Shown here piece by piece: positions 39,862-52,178 of a stretch of 64,000 bases of DNA. Every line of letters begins with the position of its first letter. Within the stretch, counting starts at the first letter, position 1. The DNA is from Squalus acanthias (lineage: Eukaryota). The stretch covers positions 64,978,001-65,042,000 of the forward strand of contig CM059432.1 in assembly GCA_030390025.1 (NCBI GenBank), given 5' to 3'. Below the pieces are notes generated by a model. The model ran no database searches. It was not told where the DNA came from and saw only the letters and a list, made by a program, of their open reading frames with translations. Made by a program: the position numbers and the translations under genes.

Positions 39862-41289
39862 TCACGTCATGTATCGTGACATAAACCCAAGATCCCGATT
39901 GAGACCGTCTTCATGAGTGCAGAACTTGGCTATCAGTTTCTGCTCGATGATTTTGCGTTGTCGTGTGTTTCTAAGGTTGCCTTGGAGAACGCTTACCCGC
40001 AGATCCGAGGCTGAATGTCCTTGACTGCTGAAGTGTTCCCCGACTGGGAGGTAACAATCCTGCCTGGCGATTGTTGCGCGGTGCTCGTTCATACGTTGTC
40101 TCAGTGTCTGCATGGTCTCGCCGATGTACCATGCCGCGGTGCATTCTTTCCTGCAACGTATGAGGTAGACAACGTTGGCCGAGTCACATGAGTATGTACC
40201 ATGTACCTGGTGGGTAGTGTCCTCACGTGTGATGGTGGTATCTGTGTTGATGATCTGGCATGTCTTGCAGAGTTTGCCATGGCAGGGTTGTGTGGTGTCG
40301 TGGTCGCTGTTATCCTGAAAGCTGGGTAATTTGCTGCGAACGATGGTACTTCTGAGGTTAGGCGGCTGTTTGAAGGCAAGTAGTGGAGGCGTGGGGATGG
40401 CCTTAGCGAGGTGTTTGTCGTCATCGATGACATGTTGAAGGCTGCGAAGAACATGTCGTAGTTTCTCCGCTCCGGGGAAGTACTGGACGACGTAGGGTAC
40501 CCTGTTGGTTGTGTCCCGTGTTTGCCTTCTGAGGAGGTCTATGCGATTTTTCGCTGTGGCCCGTCGGAACTGTCGATCGATGAGTCGAGCGTCATATCCC
40601 GTTCTTACGAGGGCGTTTTTCAGCGTCCGTAGGTGTCCATCGCGTTCCTCCTCGTCTGAGCAGATCCTGTGTATTCGCAGGGCTTGTCCATAGGGGATGG
40701 CTTCTTTAACATGGTTAGGGTGGAAGCTGGAGAAGTGGAGCATCGTGAGGTTGTCCGTGGGCTTGCGGTAGAGTGAAGTGCTGAGGTGTCCGTCTTTGAT
40801 GGAGATTCGTGTGTCCAGGAATGAGACCGATTCTGAGGAGTAGTCCATGGTGAGTTTGATGGTGGGATGGAACTTGTTTATGTTATCGTGTAGTCTTTTC
40901 AGTGATCCTTCGCCATGGGTCCAAAGGAAGAAAATGTCGTCGATGTATCTGGTGTACAGCGTTGGCTGGAGGTCCTGTGCAGCGAAGAAGTCTTGCTCGA
41001 ACTTGTGCATGAAGATGTTGGCGTATTGGGGTGCGAATTTGGTCCCCATGGCTGTTCCGTGTGTTTGGGTAAAAAAATGGTTGTCGAAGGTGAAGACATT
41101 GTGGTCAAGGATGAAGCGGATGAGTTGTAGGATGGCGTCTGGAGATTGGCTGTTGTTGATGTTGAGTACTGAGGCTGTTGCAGCGATGCCGTCATCGTGG
41201 GGGATACTGGTGTAGAGTGCCGATACGTCCATCGTGGCAAGGAGTGTTCCTGGTTCAACTGGTCCGTGGGTGCTGAGTTTCTGTAAGAA
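39862..41289 (-). CDS. Penelope RT + GIY-YIG endonuclease, 5'-truncated (frame open up to the fold-back point)
   Basis: MDVSALYTSIP, GTAMGTKFAP, RYIDD, VYLIRC..WYIGET; 456 aa from the first Met at 41232. Confidence 0.93.
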   Translation of the reverse strand, partial: FLQKLSTHGPVEPGTLLATMDVSALYTSIPHDDGIAATASVLNINNSQSPDAILQLIRFILDHNVFTFDNHFFTQTHGTAMGTKFAPQYANIFMHKFEQDFFAAQDLQPTLYTRYIDDIFFLWTHGEGSLKRLHDNINKFHPTIKLTMDYSSESVSFLDTRISIKDGHLSTSLYRKPTDNLTMLHFSSFHPNHVKEAIPYGQALRIHRICSDEEERDGHLRTLKNALVRTGYDARLIDRQFRRATAKNRIDLLRRQTRDTTNRVPYVVQYFPGAEKLRHVLRSLQHVIDDDKHLAKAIPTPPLLAFKQPPNLRSTIVRSKLPSFQDNSDHDTTQPCHGKLCKTCQIINTDTTITREDTTHQVHGTYSCDSANVVYLIRCRKECTAAWYIGETMQTLRQRMNEHRATIARQDCYLPVGEHFSSQGHSASDLRVSVLQGNLRNTRQRKIIEQKLIAKFCTHEDGLNRDLGFMSRYMT

Positions 41290-41291
41290 AC

Positions 41292-42719
41292 TTCTTACAG
41301 AAACTCAGCACCCACGGACCAGTTGAACCAGGAACACTCCTTGCCACGATGGACGTATCGGCACTCTACACCAGTATCCCCCACGATGACGGCATCGCTG
41401 CAACAGCCTCAGTACTCAACATCAACAACAGCCAATCTCCAGACGCCATCCTACAACTCATCCGCTTCATCCTTGACCACAATGTCTTCACCTTCGACAA
41501 CCATTTTTTTACCCAAACACACGGAACAGCCATGGGGACCAAATTCGCACCCCAATACGCCAACATCTTCATGCACAAGTTCGAGCAAGACTTCTTCGCT
41601 GCACAGGACCTCCAGCCAACGCTGTACACCAGATACATCGACGACATTTTCTTCCTTTGGACCCATGGCGAAGGATCACTGAAAAGACTACACGATAACA
41701 TAAACAAGTTCCATCCCACCATCAAACTCACCATGGACTACTCCTCAGAATCGGTCTCATTCCTGGACACACGAATCTCCATCAAAGACGGACACCTCAG
41801 CACTTCACTCTACCGCAAGCCCACGGACAACCTCACGATGCTCCACTTCTCCAGCTTCCACCCTAACCATGTTAAAGAAGCCATCCCCTATGGACAAGCC
41901 CTGCGAATACACAGGATCTGCTCAGACGAGGAGGAACGCGATGGACACCTACGGACGCTGAAAAACGCCCTCGTAAGAACGGGATATGACGCTCGACTCA
42001 TCGATCGACAGTTCCGACGGGCCACAGCGAAAAATCGCATAGACCTCCTCAGAAGGCAAACACGGGACACAACCAACAGGGTACCCTACGTCGTCCAGTA
42101 CTTCCCCGGAGCGGAGAAACTACGACATGTTCTTCGCAGCCTTCAACATGTCATCGATGACGACAAACACCTCGCTAAGGCCATCCCCACGCCTCCACTA
42201 CTTGCCTTCAAACAGCCGCCTAACCTCAGAAGTACCATCGTTCGCAGCAAATTACCCAGCTTTCAGGATAACAGCGACCACGACACCACACAACCCTGCC
42301 ATGGCAAACTCTGCAAGACATGCCAGATCATCAACACAGATACCACCATCACACGTGAGGACACTACCCACCAGGTACATGGTACATACTCATGTGACTC
42401 GGCCAACGTTGTCTACCTCATACGTTGCAGGAAAGAATGCACCGCGGCATGGTACATCGGCGAGACCATGCAGACACTGAGACAACGTATGAACGAGCAC
42501 CGCGCAACAATCGCCAGGCAGGATTGTTACCTCCCAGTCGGGGAACACTTCAGCAGTCAAGGACATTCAGCCTCGGATCTGCGGGTAAGCGTTCTCCAAG
42601 GCAACCTTAGAAACACACGACAACGCAAAATCATCGAGCAGAAACTGATAGCCAAGTTCTGCACTCATGAAGACGGTCTCAATCGGGATCTTGGGTTTAT
42701 GTCACGATACATGACGTGA
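41292..42719 (+). CDS. Penelope RT + GIY-YIG endonuclease, 5'-truncated, identical to the mirror copy
   Basis: Same 456-aa translation from 41349; frame open from FLQKLSTHG at 41292. Confidence 0.93.
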   Translation, partial: FLQKLSTHGPVEPGTLLATMDVSALYTSIPHDDGIAATASVLNINNSQSPDAILQLIRFILDHNVFTFDNHFFTQTHGTAMGTKFAPQYANIFMHKFEQDFFAAQDLQPTLYTRYIDDIFFLWTHGEGSLKRLHDNINKFHPTIKLTMDYSSESVSFLDTRISIKDGHLSTSLYRKPTDNLTMLHFSSFHPNHVKEAIPYGQALRIHRICSDEEERDGHLRTLKNALVRTGYDARLIDRQFRRATAKNRIDLLRRQTRDTTNRVPYVVQYFPGAEKLRHVLRSLQHVIDDDKHLAKAIPTPPLLAFKQPPNLRSTIVRSKLPSFQDNSDHDTTQPCHGKLCKTCQIINTDTTITREDTTHQVHGTYSCDSANVVYLIRCRKECTAAWYIGETMQTLRQRMNEHRATIARQDCYLPVGEHFSSQGHSASDLRVSVLQGNLRNTRQRKIIEQKLIAKFCTHEDGLNRDLGFMSRYMT

Positions 42720-43054
42720 TCCGGACTCGAGTCGTCGTTAGCTTGTTCACAGATGTGATTCCCAGTAAAAAAGTAAAAATTTTCCCAGTAAAAAAGTAAA
42801 ATTTTTTTTTAAAGCTTTTCGTTTTACATACAGACGGCAGCTTTTGACACGTTAGAACCCCTGCGACTTCACCTCATTGTCTCAGTTGTATCTTGCTATG
42901 TCTTTTGATGTGGTACCTTCCTGGCTGACTTAATTAACTTTATCACACCTCGGCAGATAGTCAGGATGATTTAATTTATTGGTCTGCAATTGTAAAGTAC
43001 ACATGCTTTTTTTTCCATCTATATATGCTCTGACGATTCTGTATCCAATTTACT

Positions 43055-43092
43055 TCACCTGAGGAAGGAGCGATAGTTCCGAAAGCTTGTGA
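43055..43092 (+). ncRNA. Minimal type I hammerhead ribozyme motif in the Penelope 3' UTR
   Basis: TCAC-CTGAGGA-A-GGAGC(GATA)GTTCC-GAAA-GC-TT-GTGA: core CUGANGA/GAAA, 5-bp stem II, palindromic AGCT stem III, 4-bp stem I. Confidence 0.75.
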
Positions 43093-46000
43093 TTTCAAAT
43101 AAAACTGTTGGACTATAACCTGGTGTTGTGCGACCTAACAATTGAGAGCAGGAATCTAGGTGGATTTTCCCCTTCCTAACCTTGTTATCAGTTCTCCTGG
43201 GAGGGAATTGTGAATTTGGCTAACAATCTGTCTGTGTGAAAAGGGACTTGTTAAGGAAACAGCCCAGAGAATGCTGGGCATAAAACAGTGGAAGAAATGG
43301 GTTGCCTCATATGCCATTAGGCATGGAAGAGAAGAACCACCACTGGGCACTGAGTCTAATTGTAGAGCTGCTACGACTGCCTGAGATCAGCTAATCCAGC
43401 ACATAGAGTGGAATGAACCTGGGGCCTTCCTAATCTACACTACTCAGCTACTCACTGCTTAAGCCATCACACGAGCTCTCGTAATGATAATTTGGCTGCC
43501 CCAATATTTAGTATTGTACTCTAATAGCCAAATCTACAGTATATACCAATCACATTAGTGATGTAGGGTTAGTTGAAAAGAATAAAAACATAAGAACATA
43601 AGAAATAGGAGCAGGAGTAGGCCTTTCGGCCCTTCGAGCCTGCTCCGCCATTCAATGAGATCATGGCTAATCTTCTGCCTCAACTCCATTCACCGGCCCT
43701 ATCGCCATATCCCTTGATGCCCTTACTAGTCAGAAATCTATCAACTTCTGTTTTGAATATACCCAATGACTGAGCCTCCACAGCCCTCTGGGGTAGAGAA
43801 TTCCAAAGATTCACCACCCTCTGTGTGAAGAAATTTCTTCTCATCTCAGTCCTGAATAGCCTACCCTTTATCCTGAGGCTGTGGCCCCTGGTTCTAGACT
43901 CCCCAGCCAAGGGAAACATTCTCCCAGCATCCACCCTATCAAGCCCTGTAATAATTTTGTATGCTTCAATGAGATCCCCTCTCATTCTTCTGAATTCAAG
44001 AGAATACAGGCCTAGTTTACTCAATCTCTTCTCATACGACAGTCCTGCCATCCCAGGAATCAATCTCGTGAACCTTCGTTGCACTCGCTCTATGGCAAGT
44101 ATATCCTTCCTTAGGTAAGGAGAGCAAAATTGTACACAGTACTCCAGGTGTGGTCTCACCAAGGCCCTATATAATTGGAGTAAGACTTCTTTACTCCTGT
44201 ACTCAAATCCTCTTGTAATGAAGGCCAGCATACCATTTGCCTTCCTAATTGCTTGCTGCACCTTCAGTGACTCATGTACAAGGACACCCAGGTCCCTTTT
44301 GAGCATCTGCATTCCCCAATCTTTCACCATTTAGGAAATACTCTGCCTTTCTGTTTTTTCTACCAAAGTGGATAACTTCACATTTATCCACATTATATTC
44401 CATCCGCCATGTTCTTGCCCACTCACTGTGCCTGTCGAGATCCCCCTGAAGCCTCTTCACATCCTCTTCACAACTGACGCTGCCACTTAGCTTTGTATCA
44501 TCAGCAAATTTGGAAATGTTACATTTAGTCCCCTCAACCAAATCATTGATATAGATTGTGAATAGCTAGGGCCCAAGCACCGATCCTTGCAGTACCCCAC
44601 TAGTCACAGCCTGCCATCCTGAAAAAGACCCGTTTATCCCGACTCTTTGTTTTCTGTCTGTTAATCAATTCTCAATCCATGCTAGTATATTACCCCCAAT
44701 TCCATGTGCCCTAATTTTGTTCACCAACCTCTTGTATGGGACCTTATCGAAGGCCTTCTGAAAATCCAAATATACCACATCTACCGGTTCCTCTTTGTCT
44801 ACTCCACTAGTTACATCCTCAAAGAACTCCAATAGGTTTGCCAAACAGGATTTCCCTTTCATAAATCCATGTTGACTCTGCCCAATCTTACCATTAGTTT
44901 CTAAGTGTCCAGTTATTGCATCCTTTATAATAGATTCCAGCATTTTCCCAACTACTGATGTGAGGCTAAGAGGTCTGTATTTCCCCGTTTTCTCTCTCCC
45001 TCCTTTCTTAAATAACGGGGTTACATTTGCTATCCTCCAATCTGCAGGAACCGTTCCAGAATCTATAGAATTTTGGAAGATGACAACCAATGCGTCCACT
45101 ATCCCAATGGCCACCTCTTTCAAAACCCTAGGATGTAGGTCATCCAGTCCTTGGGATTTATCGACTTTTAGTCCCATTAATTTTGCTAGTACTGTTTTTT
45201 TATGATAATAATTTCTTTAAGTTCCTCATTATCGCCACAACCTTGGTTTTCTCGTATTCCTGGGAGGTTTTTTGTGTCTTCCTCCGTGAAGACAGAAACA
45301 AAGTATTTATTTAATTTCTCTGCCTTTTTCTCATTCCCCATTATAAATTCTCTCGTCTCTGACTGTAAAGGACCTACATTTACCTTTGCCAGTCTTTTCC
45401 TTTTCACATACCTATAGAACCTTTTACAATCCGTTTTTATATTTTTTGCTAGTTGGTGCTTATATTCCATTTTCCCTTTTTTTTTAAATCAATTTCTTGG
45501 TCCCCCTTTGCTGATTTCTAAAAAGATCCCAATCCTCAGGTTGACCGCTTTTTCCAGCAACTTTATAAGCTTCCTCCTTTGACTTTAATTTCTTTTGTTA
45601 GCCATCGTTGGATCACTTTTCCTTTTGGGTGTTTATGCCCTATGTTTGTTGCAAATTATGCATTATTTCCTTGAATGTTAGCCATTGTATGTCCACCTTC
45701 ATAACTTTTAGTGTAGTCTCTCAATCTACCATGGCCAACTTGTCCCTCATACCCTTGTAGTTTCCTCTGTTTAGATTGAAGACCTTAGTTTCAGATTGGA
45801 CTACATCACTCTCAAACTTAATGTAAAATTCAATCATATTATGGTCACTTGTCCCTAAAGGCCCCTTTATCACAAGATTATTGATTAGCCCTTTCTCATT
45901 ACACAGTACCAGATCCAGAATAGCCTGTTCCCTGGTTGGTTCCTCCACATACTGATCCAGGAAACCATCTTGCATGCATTCCAAGAATTTGTCCTCCACA

Positions 46001-46764
46001 CCATTAGTGGTAATTTGATTTGCCCAGTCAATATGTAGATTGAAGTCCCCCATGATTACTGTATTGCCCTTGTTACATGCACTTGTAATTCCTTGATTGA
46101 TACTGTGCCCTACATTACCACTACTGTTTGGTGGCCTATACAAATCCCACCAATGTTTTCCTCCCTTTGCTGTTTCTTAGCTCCACCCAAACTGATTCCA
46201 GTTCTACATCACGATCTGCCGAGCCAAGATCTTTTATCTCTACCATACCGATCTCATCCCTTATTAACAGCACTCCTCCACCTCCTTTTCCTTTTTATCT
46301 GTCCTTCCTAAATGTTGAGTACCCTGTAACATTCAGTTCCCAGCTTTGGTTACCCTGCAACCATGTCTCTGTAATGGCAATTACATCATACCCATTTACT
46401 TCTATTTGTGCTATTAATGCATCCACCTTGTTGCGAATGCTACATGCATTTAGATAAAGTGCCTTCAACTTTGCCTGTTTAATATTTTTCTGCACTTTGA
46501 CCCTCTTTACTGTTGGCCTTTGTTTCTGCTCCCTATTAGTTTTGCTGACTACTTTTCTAACTTGCACTGCCAGCTTTGTTTCTCTCCGTTCTGGGCCCAC
46601 ACTTAAGTTCCCAGCCCCCTGACAAACTAGTTTAAATCCTTCCCAGCAGCACTAGCAAACCCCCCTGTGAGGATATTGGTCCCGGTTCTGCCGAGGTGTA
46701 ATCCGTCCAGCTTGTACAGGTCCCACCTTCCCCAGAATCGGTCCCGATGCCTCAGGAATTTAAA

Positions 46765-47557
46765 TCACTCCCTCCTACACCATCTCTCTAGCCACGCATT
46801 CATCTGGTCTATTCTCCTATTTCTGCTCTCGCTAGCATGTGGTACTGGGAGTAATCCTGAGATTACTACTTTTGAGGTCCTGCTTTTTAATTTATTTCCT
46901 AGCTCCCTATATTCTGCTTGCAGGATCTCATCCCTCTTTCTACCTATATCGTTGGTACCAATATGGACCACAATCTCTGGCTGTTCACCCTCCCCCTTCA
47001 GAATGTCCTGCAGCCGCTCAGTGACATCCTTGACCCTGGCACCAGGGACGCAACATACCATCCTGGAGTCACGTCTATCTGTTCCCCTTACGATAGAATC
47101 CCCTATCACTATTCCTCTCCCACTCTTTTTCCTCCCCTCCTGTGCAGCTGAGCCACTCGTAGTGCCACGGACTTGGCTCTTGCTGCATTCCCGAGAAACC
47201 ATCTCCCCCAGCAGTATCCAAAATGGAAAATCTGCTGGAGAGGGAGATGGACCCAGGGGACTCCTGCACTACCTTCCTAGTTCTTTTACTCTGTCTGGCA
47301 GTCACCCATTCACTTTCTGCCTGTGCACTCTTTACCTGCGGTGTGACCACCTCATTAAACGTGCTATCCACGTAGATCTCAGCCTCGCAGATGCTCCACA
47401 GTGACTCCAGCCGCAGCTCCAGATCCAAAACGCGGATTTCGAGTAGCTGCAGTTGGAGCCACTTCCTGCACATGTGTTCGTCCTGGACACCGAAAGTGTC
47501 CCTGACTTCCCACAATGCACAGGAGGAGCACTCCACGCTGCCGAGCTGCCCTGCCAT
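46765..47557 (-). pseudogene. CR1 ORF1: zinc finger/leucine zipper plus SGNH/GDSL esterase, frameshifted
   Basis: CSSC..HMCRKW..LQLLEIRVLDLE; IVIGDSIVRG, PGARV, HIGTND. Confidence 0.88.
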
Positions 47558-47870
47558 GTCCTACTCTTAATTTACTCCCTTTACTTCCTCTAAATTAAAG
47601 ACTATTAAATACACTAGGGACCTTACTTCACTTTATACACTACTTACTCTAAACTAGAGACCTTACTTTTATATGAACGACTGGACAGTAGAAATACTCA
47701 CCAGGTCCTACTTACCAATCAGCTCCTTCCCTGGTTGTGACGTCACTTTAGCGGTTTTGCAGTTGTTGTTGTTGTTTGACTGCTCCTGCCCACTGACTCT
47801 TTCCTTGGTGTAAAGTAAGAACCAATTCCTACAGGGTGAAAAGTTAGGAGAAGCAAGGGAGCTCCTCCTT

Positions 47871-47914
47871 TCACTCACTCACTCACTCACTCACTCACTC
47901 ACTCACTCACTCAC
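47871..47914. repeat. (CACT)n microsatellite
   Basis: About 11 tandem units. Confidence 0.95.
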
Positions 47915-48532
47915 CCAACTCCCAGCACTCTATGCAAACCACACTCAGTGCAAATCACAATGCGAAGCCTGTTTTTATAGGCCCTGAAACAAAGGAGCTG
48001 TCTGAGCCCTGCTACAAGAAAACCAGTTTAATCTAGTTTCCCTAATTAACTGCCTTCATCTGCTCTGAATTGTAGGCCTTGTATATCCCTGTTTATCCCT
48101 GCTTAAGGCCAACTCCCAGCACTCTGTTCAAACCGCACTTATGTTTAATTTTATGTGAAATATTGTAATTTCCTTAATAATCTTACATATGCTCCTCCTA
48201 CTTATATTTTGTTCATTCTTTCAAGAATCTTCCACATCTGTATGTTTGTCCTAAACTAAATCCAGAGTAATTCAAATGCATTCAATGTACCAAAAGATGA
48301 TTATTTTCCTAACCCAGTATATTAAAATTATATAAATATCCCTTGAAGTAATATAATTTGCTGATTATAAATATACAAATTATAACAAGTGGAAACGAAC
48401 AGATTTCATACATCAGATAATTACAATAGTAAAAACTATTATCACAATAATTTGCTACTTGTATTTGTATCAATAATTAACAAATTAATGAATTTTGTCA
48501 GGTAAGATTTCAACCTTAAACATTATGCTTTT

Positions 48533-48635
48533 AAACAAAAACAGAAAATGCTGGAAACACTCAGCAGGTCAGGCAGCATCTGTGGAGAGAGAAACAGAGT
48601 TAACGTTTCAGGTCGATGACCCTTCGTTAAAACTT
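48533..48635 (-). mobile_element. Single-arm Penelope 3' tail with mutated hammerhead core
   Basis: - strand AGTT-TTAACGA-AGGGTCATCGACCT-GAAA-CG-TT-AACT. Confidence 0.75.
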
Positions 48636-48894
48636 TCAACAGTTGTTCTAAAGTGAAGCGACATCTAAGCTCAACAATATTCTAAATATCTACCTCATAA
48701 ACAGCTCCCAGGAGTACTGCTCAAACTGCACTTTTACATTTTTATTGCACTTTCTCCAGAAAGATGCATCACCAGCTCCACTAAGTACAACAGCACACTT
48801 GACAGATTGTAAAAATGGCCTCAGGCAAAGGCCTTTGCAAGCATGCCACAAATCAGAATACAAAGAAGAAAAAAGACATTTCCCAAGGAGTAGA

Positions 48895-51330
48895 GGAGAT
48901 AGATTAGGCCTGTTTTTGGGTGCAGAATAGATGGCATGCTCGTAGTATGCACCTGATCACGTGGGTGCAAGGAAATCACCAAATTGGTCCGCCATCCTCC
49001 TTTGCCTAGCGTAGACGGAATGCCAGCACTGTTCGTGCTGTTGAATGCCAATTTGCCTAATGAGAGCGGGTATATAGGGCATCCCTGAGGCCATTTAAAG
49101 GCAGTCTGCACCTCTTAAAGGGGAGGTGCACTTGGCTGCAATCAGCTGCAAGTACCGATTAAAGTAGCAGGCGGAGGAGAACCTAGAAGGGCCCCCTGTT
49201 TTTTGAACACAGCGTTGGAGGTGCTGGTGGAAAAGGTTGGCTAGATCAGGGACATCCTATTTCCTTCCAGTGGTAAAAGCTCTCCAGGCAAGTTTTTCAG
49301 CAAGCAGTCTGAGGTGGCAGAGTGGGTAAGCGCAAGGAGTATTGCACCCAGGATATGGCTCCAATGCAGAAAGAAATTCAATGATCTGACAAGCGCTGCT
49401 AAGGTAAGGCTCATAACTTATCCCTCTCATTACTCTCTGCTTAGCCCTGCACTACCTGTAGCACCAGTACTCAGAACCGTTCACACCCCGTCTCCCCATC
49501 ACTCTCCTCCAACCACAGCAGCACACGTCCCTCAACCTCCTTTTGCTGCTACTGCAACACTCTACACATGCTATTGTCCTCATTATTACTTCACTCACAC
49601 CCACACATCTGTGCCATCTTTCACACACCTCTTATACTACTCTGATATGCATCTCCTCAATAAATCTCATTAGGCTATTGCTACACAAACCAACTTCACC
49701 ACACTGCCTTCTTTCTTGCAAGACAAGCTGGCATGCAGTATGAGGGAGCATGCGAGGACAGAAGGAGAGGGAGTGATCATCCATGTGCTGTCTCCACTGG
49801 AAGACCAAGTAATGGATTAGTGGATGGGGCATTAGGAGCCTGCTGACTGACGAGGTTGGAGGACACGTCATACAGGGTTTCCCACCATCTTACCCTTGTT
49901 CCTCCTGACTGAAATCTAACCTTCACACATGATGCATGACAAAGAGCTGCTGCTTTCAGCAGCCTTAAGAATGTAAGAACATAAGAAATAGGAGCACGAG
50001 TAGGCCATTTGGCCCTTCAAGCTTGCTCCGCCATTCAATAAGATCTACTACCTCAACTCTACCTTCCTGCACTATCCCCAGATCCCTTGATTCCCTTTGT
50101 ATCTAAAAATGTATCGATCTCTGTCTTGAATATACTCAACGACTGAGCATCCACAGCACTCTGGGGTAGACAATTCCAAAGATTCACAACCCTTTGAGCG
50201 AAGAAATTTCTCCTCATCTCAGTCCTAAATGGCCGACCCCTTATTCTGAGACTATGACCCCTACTTCTAGACTCCCCAGCCAGGAGAAACATCCTCCCAG
50301 CATCTACCCTTTCAAGCCCCTTAAGAATTTTATACATTTCAATAAGCTCACCTCTCATTCTTCTAAACTCTAGGGAATATAGGCCGGGTCTACTCAATCT
50401 CTACTCATAGGACAATCCCCTCATCCCAGGAATCAGTCTAGTGAAGCTGTGTTGCCATCCCTCTATGGCAAGTATGTCCTTCCTTAGCTAAGGAGACCAA
50501 AACTGTGCACAGTACTCCAGGTGTAGTCTCACCAAGGCCCTATACAATTGCAGTACGACTTCTTTACTCTTGTACTCCAATTCTTTTGTAATAAAGGCTA
50601 ACATACCATTTGCCATCCTAATTGCTTGCTGTACCTGCATGTTAACTTCCTGTGATTCGTGTACAAGCACACCGAGGTCCCTCTGAATAGTGACATTTCC
50701 CAATCTCTCACCATTTACAAAATATTCTGCTTTTCTATTTTTCTTACCAAAGTGGATAACTTCACATTTCTCCACATTATATTTCATCTGCCACGATTTT
50801 GCCCACTCACTTAACCTTTCTATATCCCTTTGTAGCCTCTTTGCGTTCTCCTCACAACTTACTTTCCAACCTATGTTTTGTATCGTCAGCAAATTTGGAT
50901 ACATTACACTCGGTCCCCTCATCCAAGTCATTGATATAGATTGTAAATAGCTGAGGCCCAAGCACTGATCCTTGTGGTACCCCCCTAGTCAATCATCTGT
51001 TTCTGCTTACACTTGCCACTAAATGCGAACCATTGTCCCTCTCTTCCATTTCTGTTCCAGAAGTTTGACAGGGACCTGAGGGAGCAAATGAAGAGGAGGA
51101 CAGGACACTAGATGATGAAGCAGCACTCAAACTTATCCTTGCAGGCACCAGCTGAGAGACTGGCACTCCATGTAGTTCAGAGGGTGGACTAGAAGGGTCG
51201 GCACTGGGAAATGCACCCAGCACTAATGTGCAGGAGCAAGGAAAGGGAAATAGAATGGTTGAGGAAGCAGCTCTACATGGAGAGCTCTTGCATCCTAGCC
51301 TTGCTGCAGGGTCCCCGGCTGCAGTCTCCT
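48895..51330 (+). mobile_element. Old Harbinger Myb-gene remnant interrupted by CR1
   Basis: APRIWLQCRKKFNDLTSAAK followed by GTAAGG at 49404; exon-3-like sequence at 51060-51320; boundaries approximate. Confidence 0.72.
49965..50992 (-). mobile_element. CR1 3' fragment
   Basis: RT C-terminal ORFs and tail. Confidence 0.92.
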
Positions 51331-51988
51331 GCAGCTCAATTCCCACTCCTGGCCAGATAGTGAATCTGGCTGGGTATTGGGCGGGAGTCTGGGAAGTTTT
51401 ATTTAAGTGGGCCTCCACATCACCAACCTGTCTGGCTGCGCTGCCTACTACCGAGCTTGCACATTCCCTTCCCACCCCACCACCCTCCTCCCCTCCTCCG
51501 TAAAAGTCGAAGCTTTAGGCTCCAGTCGACAACTCAGTAGCAAAACTTCCCATGTGCTGAACTACAAATCACTGACAAAATCAGCATCTACTATTCTGTG
51601 ACACAGCATATCGCAGACGTGGTCTATTAAAAATCACTGGCAACAAGACAAATCACAATTCTCTTTTACAGAATGATTACACTTCCTGTAATCCTCAGAG
51701 TTACAGGCTGAAATATGGCAAACCAACACTCCTAAAGGGAAATGACAAAGTATATCATCAACGCTCAGCTTTCTTGGAAGTTCAAAGTATAGTTAACCAT
51801 AATAATTCTGTGCAGTCACTTTTCCTTCTTTGTGTCGCAATCAGTTGTATTGAAGGAATAAAGGACAGAGGAATTTCAGGAGAATGCAGTAAACATTCTG
51901 CACTAATATTTACACAGCTTAATTTCAATGCCTGTGTGTGAGAGATTCGAGAACATACACTGCCGAATCCCTTTCGATGTTTACTTAC

Positions 51989-52038
51989 ACAATAGGTTCA
52001 TCCACATACTGATCTGGGGACTATTTGCTTTGCCAGAC
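51989..52038 (-). CDS. Candidate host-gene exon (SGKANSPQISMWMNLL)
   Basis: Pyrimidine-rich TGTAG acceptor, GTAAGT donor; only the phase-2 frame is open. Confidence 0.45.
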
Positions 52039-52116
52039 CTACAGTGTGAAGGGGGAACCCTCAGTTACCCAACCACAAATATTTTTGTTGACCACCTTGT
52101 GCTGACCAGCAAATAC

Positions 52117-52178
52117 CTCTGCAGAATTCTTGTGATAGTTTCTCTTCTTGCATCTCCTTTTGCTTTTCTGGTAAGCGC
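52117..52178 (-). CDS. Candidate host-gene exon (ALTRKAKGDARRETITRILQR)
   Basis: AG/GT bounded, phase 0-2 fits its neighbours; weak acceptor. Confidence 0.35.

Larger units (their letters stand above)
39397..43134. mobile_element. Penelope-like retroelement inserted as a head-to-head palindrome
   Basis: Arms 39445-41289 and 41292-43136 are reverse complements; 12-bp TSD CTAACAATTGAG (39385-39396, 43135-43146); target is SINE-like sequence that continues on both sides. Confidence 0.96.
43586..48140 (-). mobile_element. Near full-length CR1 LINE (5' UTR, ORF1, ORF2 APE-RT, tail), frameshifted
   Basis: Complete domain order on the - strand and (TTCTTATG)n tail; 5' boundary approximate. Confidence 0.92.

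Noticed and set aside
39445..43136. Palindrome as a pure sequencing fold-back artefact
   Set aside because: Unique flanks continue one target sequence, with a 12-bp TSD and an asymmetric tail, and small elements show the same design; read-level confirmation is still needed.
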